Notes: generated by a model not told the origin, from the letters alone. DNA of 64,000 nt from Acidobacteriota bacterium (GCA_022826195.1 JAJDVI010000091.1:26483-90482); one strand, 5' to 3'. Counted from the first letter of the stretch, positions 42,535-53,800 are shown. Made by a program: numbers and translations.

Positions 42535-43700
42535 GATCGGTGGTTCCGCCTCCCATTCCGAACGGTCTGGTGACACTTCCGCAGCGGCTGATCGGCATCC
42601 GGGAGGTGCTACGGAGGGAATACAGCCGGGAGCACAACCATCCGTGGCTCGTCGCTTACTCCGGCGGGAAGGACTCGACGCTTCTGCTCCAGCTTGTTTG
42701 GGAGATGCTCGCCAAGCTTCCGCCAAGCAACCGGCGTCGCGAGGTCATTGTGGTCGGCAATGACACGCTCGTGGAGTCACCTCTCGTGATCGAACACCTT
42801 CGGGAATCGCTCCAGGTCATCCACGCCGCCGCTCTCGACAACGATCTGCCTTTCGAGGTGCGCATCACCACCCCGGCCATTGACCAGACGTTCTGGGTGA
42901 GCGTCATCGGACGCGGGTACATACCGCCGACCCGGAACTTCCGATGGTGCACCGATCGGATGAAAATCCTTCCCACGACCCGGCTCCTACGGAACATCGT
43001 CCGGCACAGCGGCGGTGCCGTGCTGCTCATTGGGACCAGGCGGGCGGAGTCGCAGCACCGGCGGCGGGGCATGGACAAGCGGAACGTGTCGGCAGCTTCC
43101 GTGAACCAGCACGACTCGGTGCCTGAATGCAAGATGTTCGCGCCTCTCGCCGATCTCGCCGACAACGACGTGTGGATGGTCCTCATGCAGCGGGATCCAC
43201 CCTGGGGCGGCACCCACCGGCGTCTCATTACCCTGTATCGGAATGCCGGTGGCGGAGAGTGTCCGCTAGTGATGTCTCAGGAAGATGCCCCTTCTTGTGG
43301 CAGTTCATCGCCCCGGTTTGGCTGCTGGACCTGCACGGTCGTAAAGAAGGACCGGAGCCTGCAGGGACTGATTGACTCCGGTCGCCACGACACCGGGAGA
43401 ATGGAGGCCTTGTCCGACTTCCGGGAGTGGCTGCTGGAACTGAGGGAAGACAATGCCAACCGGCTGTCGGTGCGCCGGGACGGCAACCCGCGCAACCGTC
43501 CCGACGGTTCCCGCGTCTTCGGTCCGTTTCGGTTGGATGTCCGCCGCCAGATCCTTGACCGGCTCCAGGCGATGGAGCGTGCTTTGGGGGAACCGCTCAT
43601 CACGCCCGCCGAAATCGAGTGTATTGAGGATGTCTGGTGGCGCGACGAGATCCACGAGTCGGGCCGTGCCGCTCTGCGGGAAGCGGTGGCCGTCGGATGA
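42531..43700 (+). CDS. dndC: DNA phosphorothioation sulfurtransferase DndC (PAPS-reductase family, Fe-S)
   Basis: PWLVAYSGGKDST, DTLVESP, IGRGY-PP--FRWCTDRMKI, ECPLV, RFGCWTCTVV and GPF. Confidence 0.9.
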   Translation: MRSVVPPPIPNGLVTLPQRLIGIREVLRREYSREHNHPWLVAYSGGKDSTLLLQLVWEMLAKLPPSNRRREVIVVGNDTLVESPLVIEHLRESLQVIHAAALDNDLPFEVRITTPAIDQTFWVSVIGRGYIPPTRNFRWCTDRMKILPTTRLLRNIVRHSGGAVLLIGTRRAESQHRRRGMDKRNVSAASVNQHDSVPECKMFAPLADLADNDVWMVLMQRDPPWGGTHRRLITLYRNAGGGECPLVMSQEDAPSCGSSSPRFGCWTCTVVKKDRSLQGLIDSGRHDTGRMEALSDFREWLLELREDNANRLSVRRDGNPRNRPDGSRVFGPFRLDVRRQILDRLQAMERALGEPLITPAEIECIEDVWWRDEIHESGRAALREAVAVG

Positions 43701-45460
43701 CGCAGATCCGGTCCAAGGTCCGGCTCGTCTCCAAACTCTTCCTACAGGGACGCTTCGCTGTGCCTTGGCACCAGCGGTACTACGACTGGACGGAGGAACT
43801 AGTCGAAGAATTACTCGTGGATCTGAAGGAAGCTGTGAACGAGGATCGCGCCTCCTACTTCTTGGGGTCGATCATGTTGATCGCGCGCGGAGAGAACGAG
43901 TGGGAGATCAACGACGGACAGCAGCGCCTGATCACGCTCTCGCTGATCTTCGCTGCTCTAGGTCGGCGGTTCGGAGTCTGGGGCAAACCGGAGGCACCGC
44001 GTGAAATTCAGTGTTTGCGGCATTTGTTCGCAGTGGAACAGCACGACCTGCCTGACCCGGCCGATACGACGCGGAATGAACCGCGGATCAGGCCGCCTCG
44101 GAAGGATCGACTCCAGTTCATGCAGATCATCCGGGGCAACGATATCGGGACCAACGGCAAGATGACGGCAGCTTGGAACCGCATTGACCTCTTCGTCAAC
44201 GCGATGAATCGGCCCGACGTTGTGCAGTTCTTTGAGTTTCTGACTCGCAAGGTCGAGATCGCCGTCCTTGATGTGCCTCCGGGCGAGGACGCCAACGCGG
44301 TGTTCGAGGCCCTGAACGGACGAGGAAAGCAGCTCGATGACCTAGACCTGATACGGAACCACCTGTATTCGTATTTCTCGGCGTCAGATGACCACGTCCG
44401 TCGGGGCACGATTCACGATGCCCTCGAACGCGCCGTGATCCGTAATCGAACGAGCCAACGGGCGCAGGAGTACTTCCGATGCTTCCTTCAACGGCGCTAT
44501 GGCTATCTTCAGAAGGCACGTTTCTATCGAGAAACACGTACACGAGTCCGCGCCGAGGCGTCCGGCCCAAACGGTGTGGCGCGTGTGTACGAACTCATCA
44601 ACGCCTTGGCTGACCCAGCTGGGATCGAGCTGTTCCGCACGATGACAGCGACCAATCCTAGCCCTGACCTCGTGTCCGGCTTCCAAAGGGCATCCGGCAC
44701 ATCAGGCCGCAAACGCTCCTTGCCGGATTTTCTATCCGAGCTGCGGACGTACCGCGTGGTCTACCCTCTACTGTTTGCTTTGCTGTACCGATATGTCACG
44801 GCGGGCGACGCTGCGAAGAGAGCCATCGCCCGCGCAGCACATTCTGCGATCCGCGACATGGCATCTTTCGTAATGCGTGTCGCGTTCTCGACTGCCAAAT
44901 TCGAACCATCCCGCTATGAGGCAGCATTCGCCAATCACGCTCGCGAGGTTGCAGACGCCAAGAGCATCGAGAGCATGCGCCTCCGTTCCCTGCTGATGGA
45001 TTGCGATGAGGATGGAGTCATGAACAACGTCCGGTTCCTAGCCAGGATGCAAGGCGTCCAGATGAAGGATGAGCGTCGCGCCAAGCGCTACTTGTTCGCC
45101 ATTAACGCGAACGAACAGGCGGATGCCAGCGCGCTGAGCTTGCAGGGCTGTACCCTCGAACACGTGTTGCCCAAGTCGAAAGAGCACTGGGCCGATTGGA
45201 CCGGCTTTCGGGATATCGGAGTAGACCTGACGGACTGGACCCTCCGACCGGGCAACCTGACGTTGATGGGAAGGGGTGACAATCACCCCGGCAAGCGGTT
45301 TAACTCCAGTTTCGATGCCAAACGCGCCGCGTTCCGTGAGAGTTCGTTCTCAATCACGCGGCGTCTCGCAGAATTGGAGGAGTGGACACCTCAGATGATT
45401 CAGGATCGGTCGACGGAACTCGCCAAGGCAGCCGCGAGGATCTGGTGTTTCTCGAACTAG
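43697..45460 (+). CDS. DUF262-DUF1524 (GmrSD/SspE-like) NTPase-HNH nuclease
   Basis: QRYYDW, DGQQRL, FEALNGRG; C-terminal TLEHVLP...GNLTL...N; ATGA-coupled to dndC. Confidence 0.88.
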   Translation: MTQIRSKVRLVSKLFLQGRFAVPWHQRYYDWTEELVEELLVDLKEAVNEDRASYFLGSIMLIARGENEWEINDGQQRLITLSLIFAALGRRFGVWGKPEAPREIQCLRHLFAVEQHDLPDPADTTRNEPRIRPPRKDRLQFMQIIRGNDIGTNGKMTAAWNRIDLFVNAMNRPDVVQFFEFLTRKVEIAVLDVPPGEDANAVFEALNGRGKQLDDLDLIRNHLYSYFSASDDHVRRGTIHDALERAVIRNRTSQRAQEYFRCFLQRRYGYLQKARFYRETRTRVRAEASGPNGVARVYELINALADPAGIELFRTMTATNPSPDLVSGFQRASGTSGRKRSLPDFLSELRTYRVVYPLLFALLYRYVTAGDAAKRAIARAAHSAIRDMASFVMRVAFSTAKFEPSRYEAAFANHAREVADAKSIESMRLRSLLMDCDEDGVMNNVRFLARMQGVQMKDERRAKRYLFAINANEQADASALSLQGCTLEHVLPKSKEHWADWTGFRDIGVDLTDWTLRPGNLTLMGRGDNHPGKRFNSSFDAKRAAFRESSFSITRRLAELEEWTPQMIQDRSTELAKAAARIWCFSN

Positions 45461-45479
45461 ACGAACCCTTCCGCTCCAA

Positions 45480-46853
45480 GTGAGGCCGATGGACGCGCGC
45501 CGATTGGCCGGTTCGCGGCCTGCACTGCCTGCCCCACTCCACAAGTTTCAACGGGAGGGTATCTCCTTCCTCCTCGAGTCCGAAGGCGCCCTGCTGGCGG
45601 ACGAGATGGGCCTGGGGAAGACAGTGCAGACATCCGTCGCCCTTGATCTGCTCTTGGCGAGGGAGCGAGCAATCGAGCGAGCTCTGATCGTCGCGCCGGC
45701 TTCCCTTGTTCCCAATTGGATGGAAGAACTGGCCCGTTGGGCACCATCGCTGACGGTGAGGCGCGCCGACGGGGGGGCTACGAATCGACAGGCCCTCTAC
45801 ATGCTCCCGGTCCCAGTACTGGTGTGTTCTTACGAGCAGCTGCGTGCTGATGCCCTGGAGCGTATTCCGTCGGGGACCTTCGACATCGTCGTGTTAGACG
45901 AGGCACAGCGCATCAAGAACCCAGACTCCACAACGGCGCTCGCGTGCCGCATCCTCTCTCGAAAGCGGTCATGGGCGCTTTCCGCGACGCCGTTCGAAAA
46001 CAGTGACCGGGATGTCGCGTCGATCCTTGCCTTCGTTGCCCCCAAGCTGGACGTCGAGTCGTCAAGGTCCCATCTCGCGGAGGCCCTGAAAGCAGTGATG
46101 CTTCGCCGCCGGAAGGCCGAAGTCAGACATGAGCTACCGCCGGTAATCACCCAGGACCTCAAGCTAGAGCTGTCCGTCCCGCAGCACCGGGCCTACATCG
46201 CGCTGTGGGCGGAGCAGGAGGAAGCGGCTCGCAACGCCGCTGCGACAGGAGAGGCGGCAGTGCTCCTCGGCCTGATCACGCGCCTGAAGCTGGTGTGCAA
46301 CTTCGATCCCGAAACCGGAGGTTCGTCGAAGCTTGAGGCTCTCCGGGACGTGATCGACAGTGCCGGGCCGGATGCCAGAGTCCTGGTTTTCTCCCAGTTC
46401 GTGAGGACCCTGAAGAGGATCGCCAAGGGCATTGGCGTGGACCACGACTTCCTCGTTGGGTCGATGCGATCAGCGGCACGGCACGGGGCCATCGCGCGCT
46501 TCCAGACCGGTCGAACCCCACGAGTCCTGTTGGCGTCGCTTCGCGCAGCCGGGGTGGGGCTCAACCTCGGTGCGGCATCCCATGTGGTGCTCTTCGACCG
46601 GTGGTGGAACCCTGCCGTGGAGTCCCAAGCCGTATACCATGCCCACCGCTTCGACCGGGCGGCCCCCCTTCATCTGGTGCGATTCTTGGTGGTGGATTCG
46701 GTCGAGGAGCGCATCGCCGCCATCCTCGACGAGAAGGAGGCTCTCCGAGATAGACTTCTGGAGTCTGCCGACGGTTCGAGACGGCGTCCGACGGCGCGTG
46801 AGCTAGCGAGAATTCTGGGCCTCCCGGTTACGGAACCGGGGTTGGATTCCTGA
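45480..46853 (+). CDS. Minimal SNF2-family ATPase
   Basis: LADEMGLGKT, DEAQRIKN, SATPFEN, LRRRK, VFSQF, GVGLNL and DRWWNP; start is 45480 or 45489. Confidence 0.9.
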   Translation: MRPMDARRLAGSRPALPAPLHKFQREGISFLLESEGALLADEMGLGKTVQTSVALDLLLARERAIERALIVAPASLVPNWMEELARWAPSLTVRRADGGATNRQALYMLPVPVLVCSYEQLRADALERIPSGTFDIVVLDEAQRIKNPDSTTALACRILSRKRSWALSATPFENSDRDVASILAFVAPKLDVESSRSHLAEALKAVMLRRRKAEVRHELPPVITQDLKLELSVPQHRAYIALWAEQEEAARNAAATGEAAVLLGLITRLKLVCNFDPETGGSSKLEALRDVIDSAGPDARVLVFSQFVRTLKRIAKGIGVDHDFLVGSMRSAARHGAIARFQTGRTPRVLLASLRAAGVGLNLGAASHVVLFDRWWNPAVESQAVYHAHRFDRAAPLHLVRFLVVDSVEERIAAILDEKEALRDRLLESADGSRRRPTARELARILGLPVTEPGLDS

Positions 46854-46881
46854 CTGAGAACCCAAGAGGAGGTACGGAGTC

Positions 46882-47712
46882 ATGGCGAAAGTCGTTGAAA
46901 CACGGGACATTGCGCTGGATGAGCTGACGATCGGAAAGGGTCAGGTTCGCACTCAGGAGGTTGGTGCCGAAATCGACGAACTCGCGAGAAGCATCGAGGC
47001 TCAGGGCCTTCTTCAGCCTATCGTCGTGTCCGAGGCGATCACACCGGGGAAATTCGAGATCCTGGTTGGCCAGCGCCGTTTCCTCGCGCACAAACTGCTC
47101 GGACGGGCGACGATCACTGCCCGGATTCTCGACACTCGGGTGTCGGAGGCGGAAGCGAAGGCCATCTCCATCACCGAGAATCTCATCCGCCGGAAGCTCT
47201 CCGGCAAGGAGCTCACGGACGGCCTCGGCTACCTCTACAAGATCTACGGCAGCATCAAAGATGTGGCGGCGGCGACTGGCCTGCCGGCGGGGAGGGTAAG
47301 CCCTCACGTGAGGTATCCACGGTTGATTCAGCCGCTCAAGGATCTCGTCGACAGCGGCGACGTTTCGACACCGGTCGCCGTGAAAACCCAGGATGCCGTC
47401 GGTGGGCCGGACGGTACGGCGAACCCGGACGCAGCCGTGACTCTCGCCAGAGAGATGAGTGGCAGGACCGGGGTGCAGCAGAAGATCATGGTGAGAACGG
47501 TCAAGAAGGATCCTCGGCGACCGATCGACGAAGCGATCGAGGAGGCGACCACGGGCCCGAAGATTCACCAGATCTACGTATCCTTGACCGAGGACGCTCT
47601 ATACGCGCTCAAGCAGTTCGCACACGACGAACAGGTCACCCAGGACGCCGCGGCCGCTGATCTCATCCAGGAAGGTCTGATTTCTCGCGGGCTTTTGAAC
47701 GACGACGCCTGA
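46882..47712 (+). CDS. ParB/Srx-domain protein with HTH and C-terminal ribbon-helix-helix-like tail
   Basis: GGAG SD; ELARSI---GLLQPIVV, GQRRF, ENL-R; C-terminal IYVSLTEDALYALKQFA. Confidence 0.85.
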   Translation: MAKVVETRDIALDELTIGKGQVRTQEVGAEIDELARSIEAQGLLQPIVVSEAITPGKFEILVGQRRFLAHKLLGRATITARILDTRVSEAEAKAISITENLIRRKLSGKELTDGLGYLYKIYGSIKDVAAATGLPAGRVSPHVRYPRLIQPLKDLVDSGDVSTPVAVKTQDAVGGPDGTANPDAAVTLAREMSGRTGVQQKIMVRTVKKDPRRPIDEAIEEATTGPKIHQIYVSLTEDALYALKQFAHDEQVTQDAAAADLIQEGLISRGLLNDDA

Positions 47713-48422
47713 TGTTCCCGGGCCTGGACGCGCTCGGCCTAGGGCGGCTCCGAATGTCCGTCGGATACGGTCGTGCCAAAAGACACCGTCCGTTTTCCCC
47801 GGTTGAGGTCGCGGAATACCTAGATAAGGCTCGCCGTGAGGGGTTGTCCGCCAAGGCCAGTGCAGCGTTGATAGGCATCGACGTGACCGGAGTTGGCCGC
47901 TTTCTGCGCCTTCTTGAACTGCCGGAGGAAACACAGCATCTGGTGGACTGGGGGTCGCGCACCGGCTTCATCGCCTTTTCGGCGGCCACCGAAGTCTTGC
48001 GCCTCCCGAGCACGGATGACCGGCGGCTCCTAGCCCATGAGGCGGTCCGCGCGAACCTGAACTCAAAGGAGATTCGCCAGGTTGGCCAGCTCCGGATTCG
48101 ATCTGGTCGCCCGATCCGTGAATGCGTGGACGAAGTGCTGGGGATGCGCCCGACCTACAAAGTGACCTACGTGTTCGTGGGGTCGGTCGGTGACCCGGCG
48201 CTTCAGCAGCGCCTTGCCCAAGTGAGCCAAGCCGAACGGGACGGCATTCTTGAGGACGCGCTTGGCCGAGCGGACCTAGCCGATGTCGGTGGTCGCCTCG
48301 GCAAGCGCTTTTTCACACTCGTCGGCGACGAACGGTTCGGTGAAGCGATGAAGAAACACGGTAAGGGGAGACTGGAATCCACAATGCGTGAGTACATTGA
48401 CCAAGCCGCAGCCCCGGGGTGA
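47712..48422 (+). CDS. Hypothetical protein with ParB-central-like HTH
   Basis: TGATG coupling; FSPVEVA...GLS----AALIG-----VGRFLRLLELP. Confidence 0.65.
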   Translation: MFPGLDALGLGRLRMSVGYGRAKRHRPFSPVEVAEYLDKARREGLSAKASAALIGIDVTGVGRFLRLLELPEETQHLVDWGSRTGFIAFSAATEVLRLPSTDDRRLLAHEAVRANLNSKEIRQVGQLRIRSGRPIRECVDEVLGMRPTYKVTYVFVGSVGDPALQQRLAQVSQAERDGILEDALGRADLADVGGRLGKRFFTLVGDERFGEAMKKHGKGRLESTMREYIDQAAAPG

Positions 48423-49419
48423 CGGGTCCGTCGACGTCCTCGACGGGCGCGTGATCCGCCTCGGTGCCCGAGTCGTTTGCGACGCTTGGGAGTCGGACTG
48501 CCCGTACCGAGTCCAGACCCACATCCATGACGACCACATGGCTGGCTTCGAGACCAGCACAGGGCTCCAGGATCTGATCATGAGCCCGGCGACATTCGAT
48601 CTACTCGTGGCGGAGCGGAACGCTGCACTCCCCTATCGAGACAACATCCATCGCATCCCTTATGGCGAACCGCACGATTTGGATGACGGGTCCACCCTCT
48701 TGCTCCAGAACGCCAATCACATGCTGGGCTCGTCCCAGGTCGCCCTGACGCTGCCAAATGGGGTTCGGGTCGGCTACTCGGGAGACTTCGGCTGGCCCCT
48801 TGACTCCATCATGGAAGTCGACGAACTCGTAGTGGATAGCACATATGGGAGTCCCGAGAGTATTCGACGGTACAGCCAAGGGGACGCGGAATCAGCCCTC
48901 CTGGAGCTGGTGTTCGAACGCCTTCGACATGGACCAGTCCATGTCGTGGCCTTTCGGGGGACCATCGAGCGCGTCGTCCAGGTACTCGCCGAGGTGACGG
49001 AACCCATCATGGCGAGCGAGGGGCTGATCAGGACGCTTTCGGTGTACCGTCAGAATGGACTTGCTCTCCCCGATGTGGAGGACGTTGCCTCCGATGCGGG
49101 AAGGCACGCTGAGGCCCTCGGGCGGTATGTGCGGCTCTACACGAAGGGTGATGCGCTGGGAAACGCCGAGGCTTCGGGAACGAAGATCGTGTGTCGGGCA
49201 TTCTCGCGTGAGCGCCCGGTCGAGACCTTCTCGGATCGGAGTCATCGGGTAGGTCTCTCGAACCACGCTGATTTCGAGGAGACGATGGCATTCATCGAAG
49301 GAACCGGTGCGCGACGCGTGGTGACAGACAACACCCGAGGACACGGCGTTGAACTCGCGTTCGCCATTCGCGAGCGATGGCCCCACGTCAAGGCGGAACC
49401 GCGGCCGTACTCGGCCTGA
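48388..49419 (+). CDS. MBL-fold beta-CASP-type nuclease
   Basis: THIHDDH, ANHMLGS, YSGDF, VDSTYG and SNHADF. Confidence 0.85.
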   Translation: MSTLTKPQPRGDGSVDVLDGRVIRLGARVVCDAWESDCPYRVQTHIHDDHMAGFETSTGLQDLIMSPATFDLLVAERNAALPYRDNIHRIPYGEPHDLDDGSTLLLQNANHMLGSSQVALTLPNGVRVGYSGDFGWPLDSIMEVDELVVDSTYGSPESIRRYSQGDAESALLELVFERLRHGPVHVVAFRGTIERVVQVLAEVTEPIMASEGLIRTLSVYRQNGLALPDVEDVASDAGRHAEALGRYVRLYTKGDALGNAEASGTKIVCRAFSRERPVETFSDRSHRVGLSNHADFEETMAFIEGTGARRVVTDNTRGHGVELAFAIRERWPHVKAEPRPYSA

Positions 49420-49485
49420 CCGCGGCCGTCCGCCTCTCGCGCGCCTCGAGGCTGCCTGCGGCTGTTCCTAGTGACGGCCGGCGGC

Positions 49486-49956
49486 TTAAGGATCGTCCCC
49501 GTCGGACGCCAGGTGGGCGATGAAGTAACCGAGCGAGACGAGTTCGAGCGCGACCCCCGCCCCCAGGAGCAGCTTGGTGGGGGTTTCGAGACCCTTCCGC
49601 TGGCCGTCCTCCTCGTAGCACTTGACGTATTTCGTGTTCTCGGTGGCGTTCTGGCTGAAAGTCGTGCTCACGTTGCGGCAGGGGAGCCAGCGCCAGAGCG
49701 CGGCGCCGGCGAACGCCGCCACTCCGCTGATCGCAAACGCGAGCGCGCTGCGCTTCTTGTCGCCCGGCCGGATCCGGCCGGTGGTGATCGTCGAGGTGTT
49801 CTGGGCGCGATAGACGCCGCTCGCCGCGGCGATCTCGGCAGCCTCCAGGAGCGACGGCGCTCTCCCGGTTCCAGCCGCGGCCGCGGGGAGCGTTCCCGCG
49901 TGGAGGGGTGTCGCGACGAGCCCGTAGCAGACTGCGATGGCGAGGGCCTTCCTCAT
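49486..49956 (-). CDS. Exported/membrane protein, paralog A
   Basis: Signal peptide (TPLHA); two hydrophobic helices around a Cys-bounded loop; paralog of 49965-50459. Confidence 0.75.
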   Translation of the reverse strand: MRKALAIAVCYGLVATPLHAGTLPAAAAGTGRAPSLLEAAEIAAASGVYRAQNTSTITTGRIRPGDKKRSALAFAISGVAAFAGAALWRWLPCRNVSTTFSQNATENTKYVKCYEEDGQRKGLETPTKLLLGAGVALELVSLGYFIAHLASDGDDP

Positions 49957-49964
49957 GGCAGCGC

Positions 49965-50459
49965 CTACGGTGACGAGGCCTGCGCGTCGTCCTGCTGGCG
50001 GTCCTCGCGGAGGTGCCGCACCAGGTAGAAGAGAGACACGAACTCGAGGGCGACGCCGGCCCCAAAGAGGGCCTTGGTCGGCGTGTCCCATCCGAGCCGC
50101 TGTCCGTTGTCGTCGTAGCACTGGGCGTCCTGCCATTGCTGGAAGCCTTCGTACTGGTCCACGAAGCCGTGGGCGTCCTGGCCACGGCAGGGCAGCCACC
50201 GCCAGAGCGCGGCGCCGGCGAACGCCGCCACTCCGCTGATCGCAAACGCGAGCGCGCTCCGCCGGTTGTCGTCCTCCCGGATTGTTCCGGTCGTGATGCC
50301 GGCCAGGTTCTGCGCCCGATAGACGCCGCTCGCCGCGGCGATTTCGGCCACTTCGAGCAGGGAGGGCGCGGCTCCGGAGGCCCGAACCGCCGCCGCGTGA
50401 GCGTGCATCGGGGCAACGGCAATGCCGAACACCAGGAACAGGGATGCGAGTGTCTTCAT
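49965..50459 (-). CDS. Exported/membrane protein, paralog B
   Basis: Signal peptide (PMHA); shares APSLLE-AEIAAASGVYRAQN and RSALAFAISGVAAFAGAALWRWLPCR with paralog A. Confidence 0.78.
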   Translation of the reverse strand: MKTLASLFLVFGIAVAPMHAHAAAVRASGAAPSLLEVAEIAAASGVYRAQNLAGITTGTIREDDNRRSALAFAISGVAAFAGAALWRWLPCRGQDAHGFVDQYEGFQQWQDAQCYDDNGQRLGWDTPTKALFGAGVALEFVSLFYLVRHLREDRQQDDAQASSP

Positions 50460-50497
50460 GCTGAACGTCCTTGGCGGGAAGGGCGGGATCGAGTGGT

Positions 50498-51022
50498 TCA
50501 GTTACGGATGCGGACTACTACATTGCCCGCGATCACGGTTTCGCCGCTTCGCTGGAGCCGGAGCCAGACGCGGTAGGTGCCCGGCAGCGAGAAGCGGTGA
50601 CTGCCGAAGAAGAAGGTCTCGATTTCGGAGCCCTCTTCGTAGGGATCGCAGTCCGGCTCGTACACGGATTCCGTGTCGTCGTCCCAGTCCCAGACCTCTT
50701 CCAGGCAGTAGTAGTCCTCGAGGTTCTCCGCGGTATCCAGGTCTTCGAGACGGGCGCTGACCTCGACATCGAGGGACGGCCGGCGCGTCTCGCCGGGCAT
50801 TCGCGGACGGAGGAACAGCTGCCGGGGCGCCCGCAGCGTCAGCTTCGGCTCGGCGGCGGTTGGGGCCCCCGCTTCAGGCGCCTCCCCGATCACGATGATC
50901 CGGGCGTCCTCTTCCGACGCGGCGCGCTCGGAGCCGCCTCCGAGAAGCGCCGTGGGCGACAACGAAGCGGCCATGAAGCCGGCAACCCCGACAGCGAGGC
51001 CGCGTGCAGCCCGAGTACGCAT
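50498..51022 (-). CDS. Secreted PKD-like domain protein
   Basis: Signal-like N-terminus; WDWDD...H-F--PGTY-V-L PKD-like pattern. Confidence 0.6.
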   Translation of the reverse strand: MRTRAARGLAVGVAGFMAASLSPTALLGGGSERAASEEDARIIVIGEAPEAGAPTAAEPKLTLRAPRQLFLRPRMPGETRRPSLDVEVSARLEDLDTAENLEDYYCLEEVWDWDDDTESVYEPDCDPYEEGSEIETFFFGSHRFSLPGTYRVWLRLQRSGETVIAGNVVVRIRN

Positions 51023-51031
51023 CCGGGCATT

Positions 51032-51457
51032 CTACGACTGTGCCTTGACTTCCGCCTCCGCGGCCCTGAGACGGGCCTCCGCACGGGCTACCGCCTGCTG
51101 CGCCTGGTCGACGTCGTAGGCGGCGCCGAATTCCTCGAGACGGGCCTTCGCCCGGTTCAAGGCGCTCTCGGCCCGCGCCAGGTCGATGTCCTGGGGACGC
51201 TCGGCGGTTTCGGCGAGCACCGTCACGGTGTCGTCCAGGACCTCGAGGAACCCCCAGTGCACGGCCAGGTAGTGCTGCTCCTCGCCCTGGCGGTACTGAA
51301 GCTGGCCGCTCCGGATCTGGTAGAGGAGCGGCGCGTGACCGGGCAGGATGCCGATGTAGCCGAAGACCGCCGGAGCCTCCACGTAGTCCACGTCGTCCCG
51401 GAACACCACCCCGCCGGGGGTGATGACCTCGAGCCGCAGCCGCGATGGAGTACTCAT
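51032..51457 (-). CDS. atpC: ATP synthase epsilon subunit
   Basis: LEVITP, GILPGHAPL, GFLEV and LAETAE. Confidence 0.95.
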   Translation of the reverse strand: MSTPSRLRLEVITPGGVVFRDDVDYVEAPAVFGYIGILPGHAPLLYQIRSGQLQYRQGEEQHYLAVHWGFLEVLDDTVTVLAETAERPQDIDLARAESALNRAKARLEEFGAAYDVDQAQQAVARAEARLRAAEAEVKAQS

Positions 51458-51471
51458 GTCCGCCGGGCCCG

Positions 51472-53800
<2,329 letters not shown>

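Larger units (their letters stand above)
39324..49419 (+). mobile_element. Lower-GC genomic island (putative phosphorothioation-linked defence island); no integrase or att sites seen
   Basis: Hand count gives 36/60 GC at 44701-44760 versus 47/60 at 36841-36900. The island has more A/T-ending codons and eight co-oriented genes, mostly DNA-acting. Confidence 0.65.

Noticed and set aside
41326-43700. Housekeeping iscS plus cysH (Fe-S assembly or sulfate assimilation)
   Set aside because: No iscU/suf or cysDN neighbours; DndC-specific motifs and the adjacent PT-associated methyltransferase favour a DNA-modification role.
46882-47712. Calling this gene dndB or a plasmid partition parB
   Set aside because: It lacks the DGQHR signature of DndB and has no adjacent parA or parS.
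39256-49485. Island as an integrative element or prophage
   Set aside because: No integrase, transposase, tRNA target or flanking direct repeat was visible by eye.
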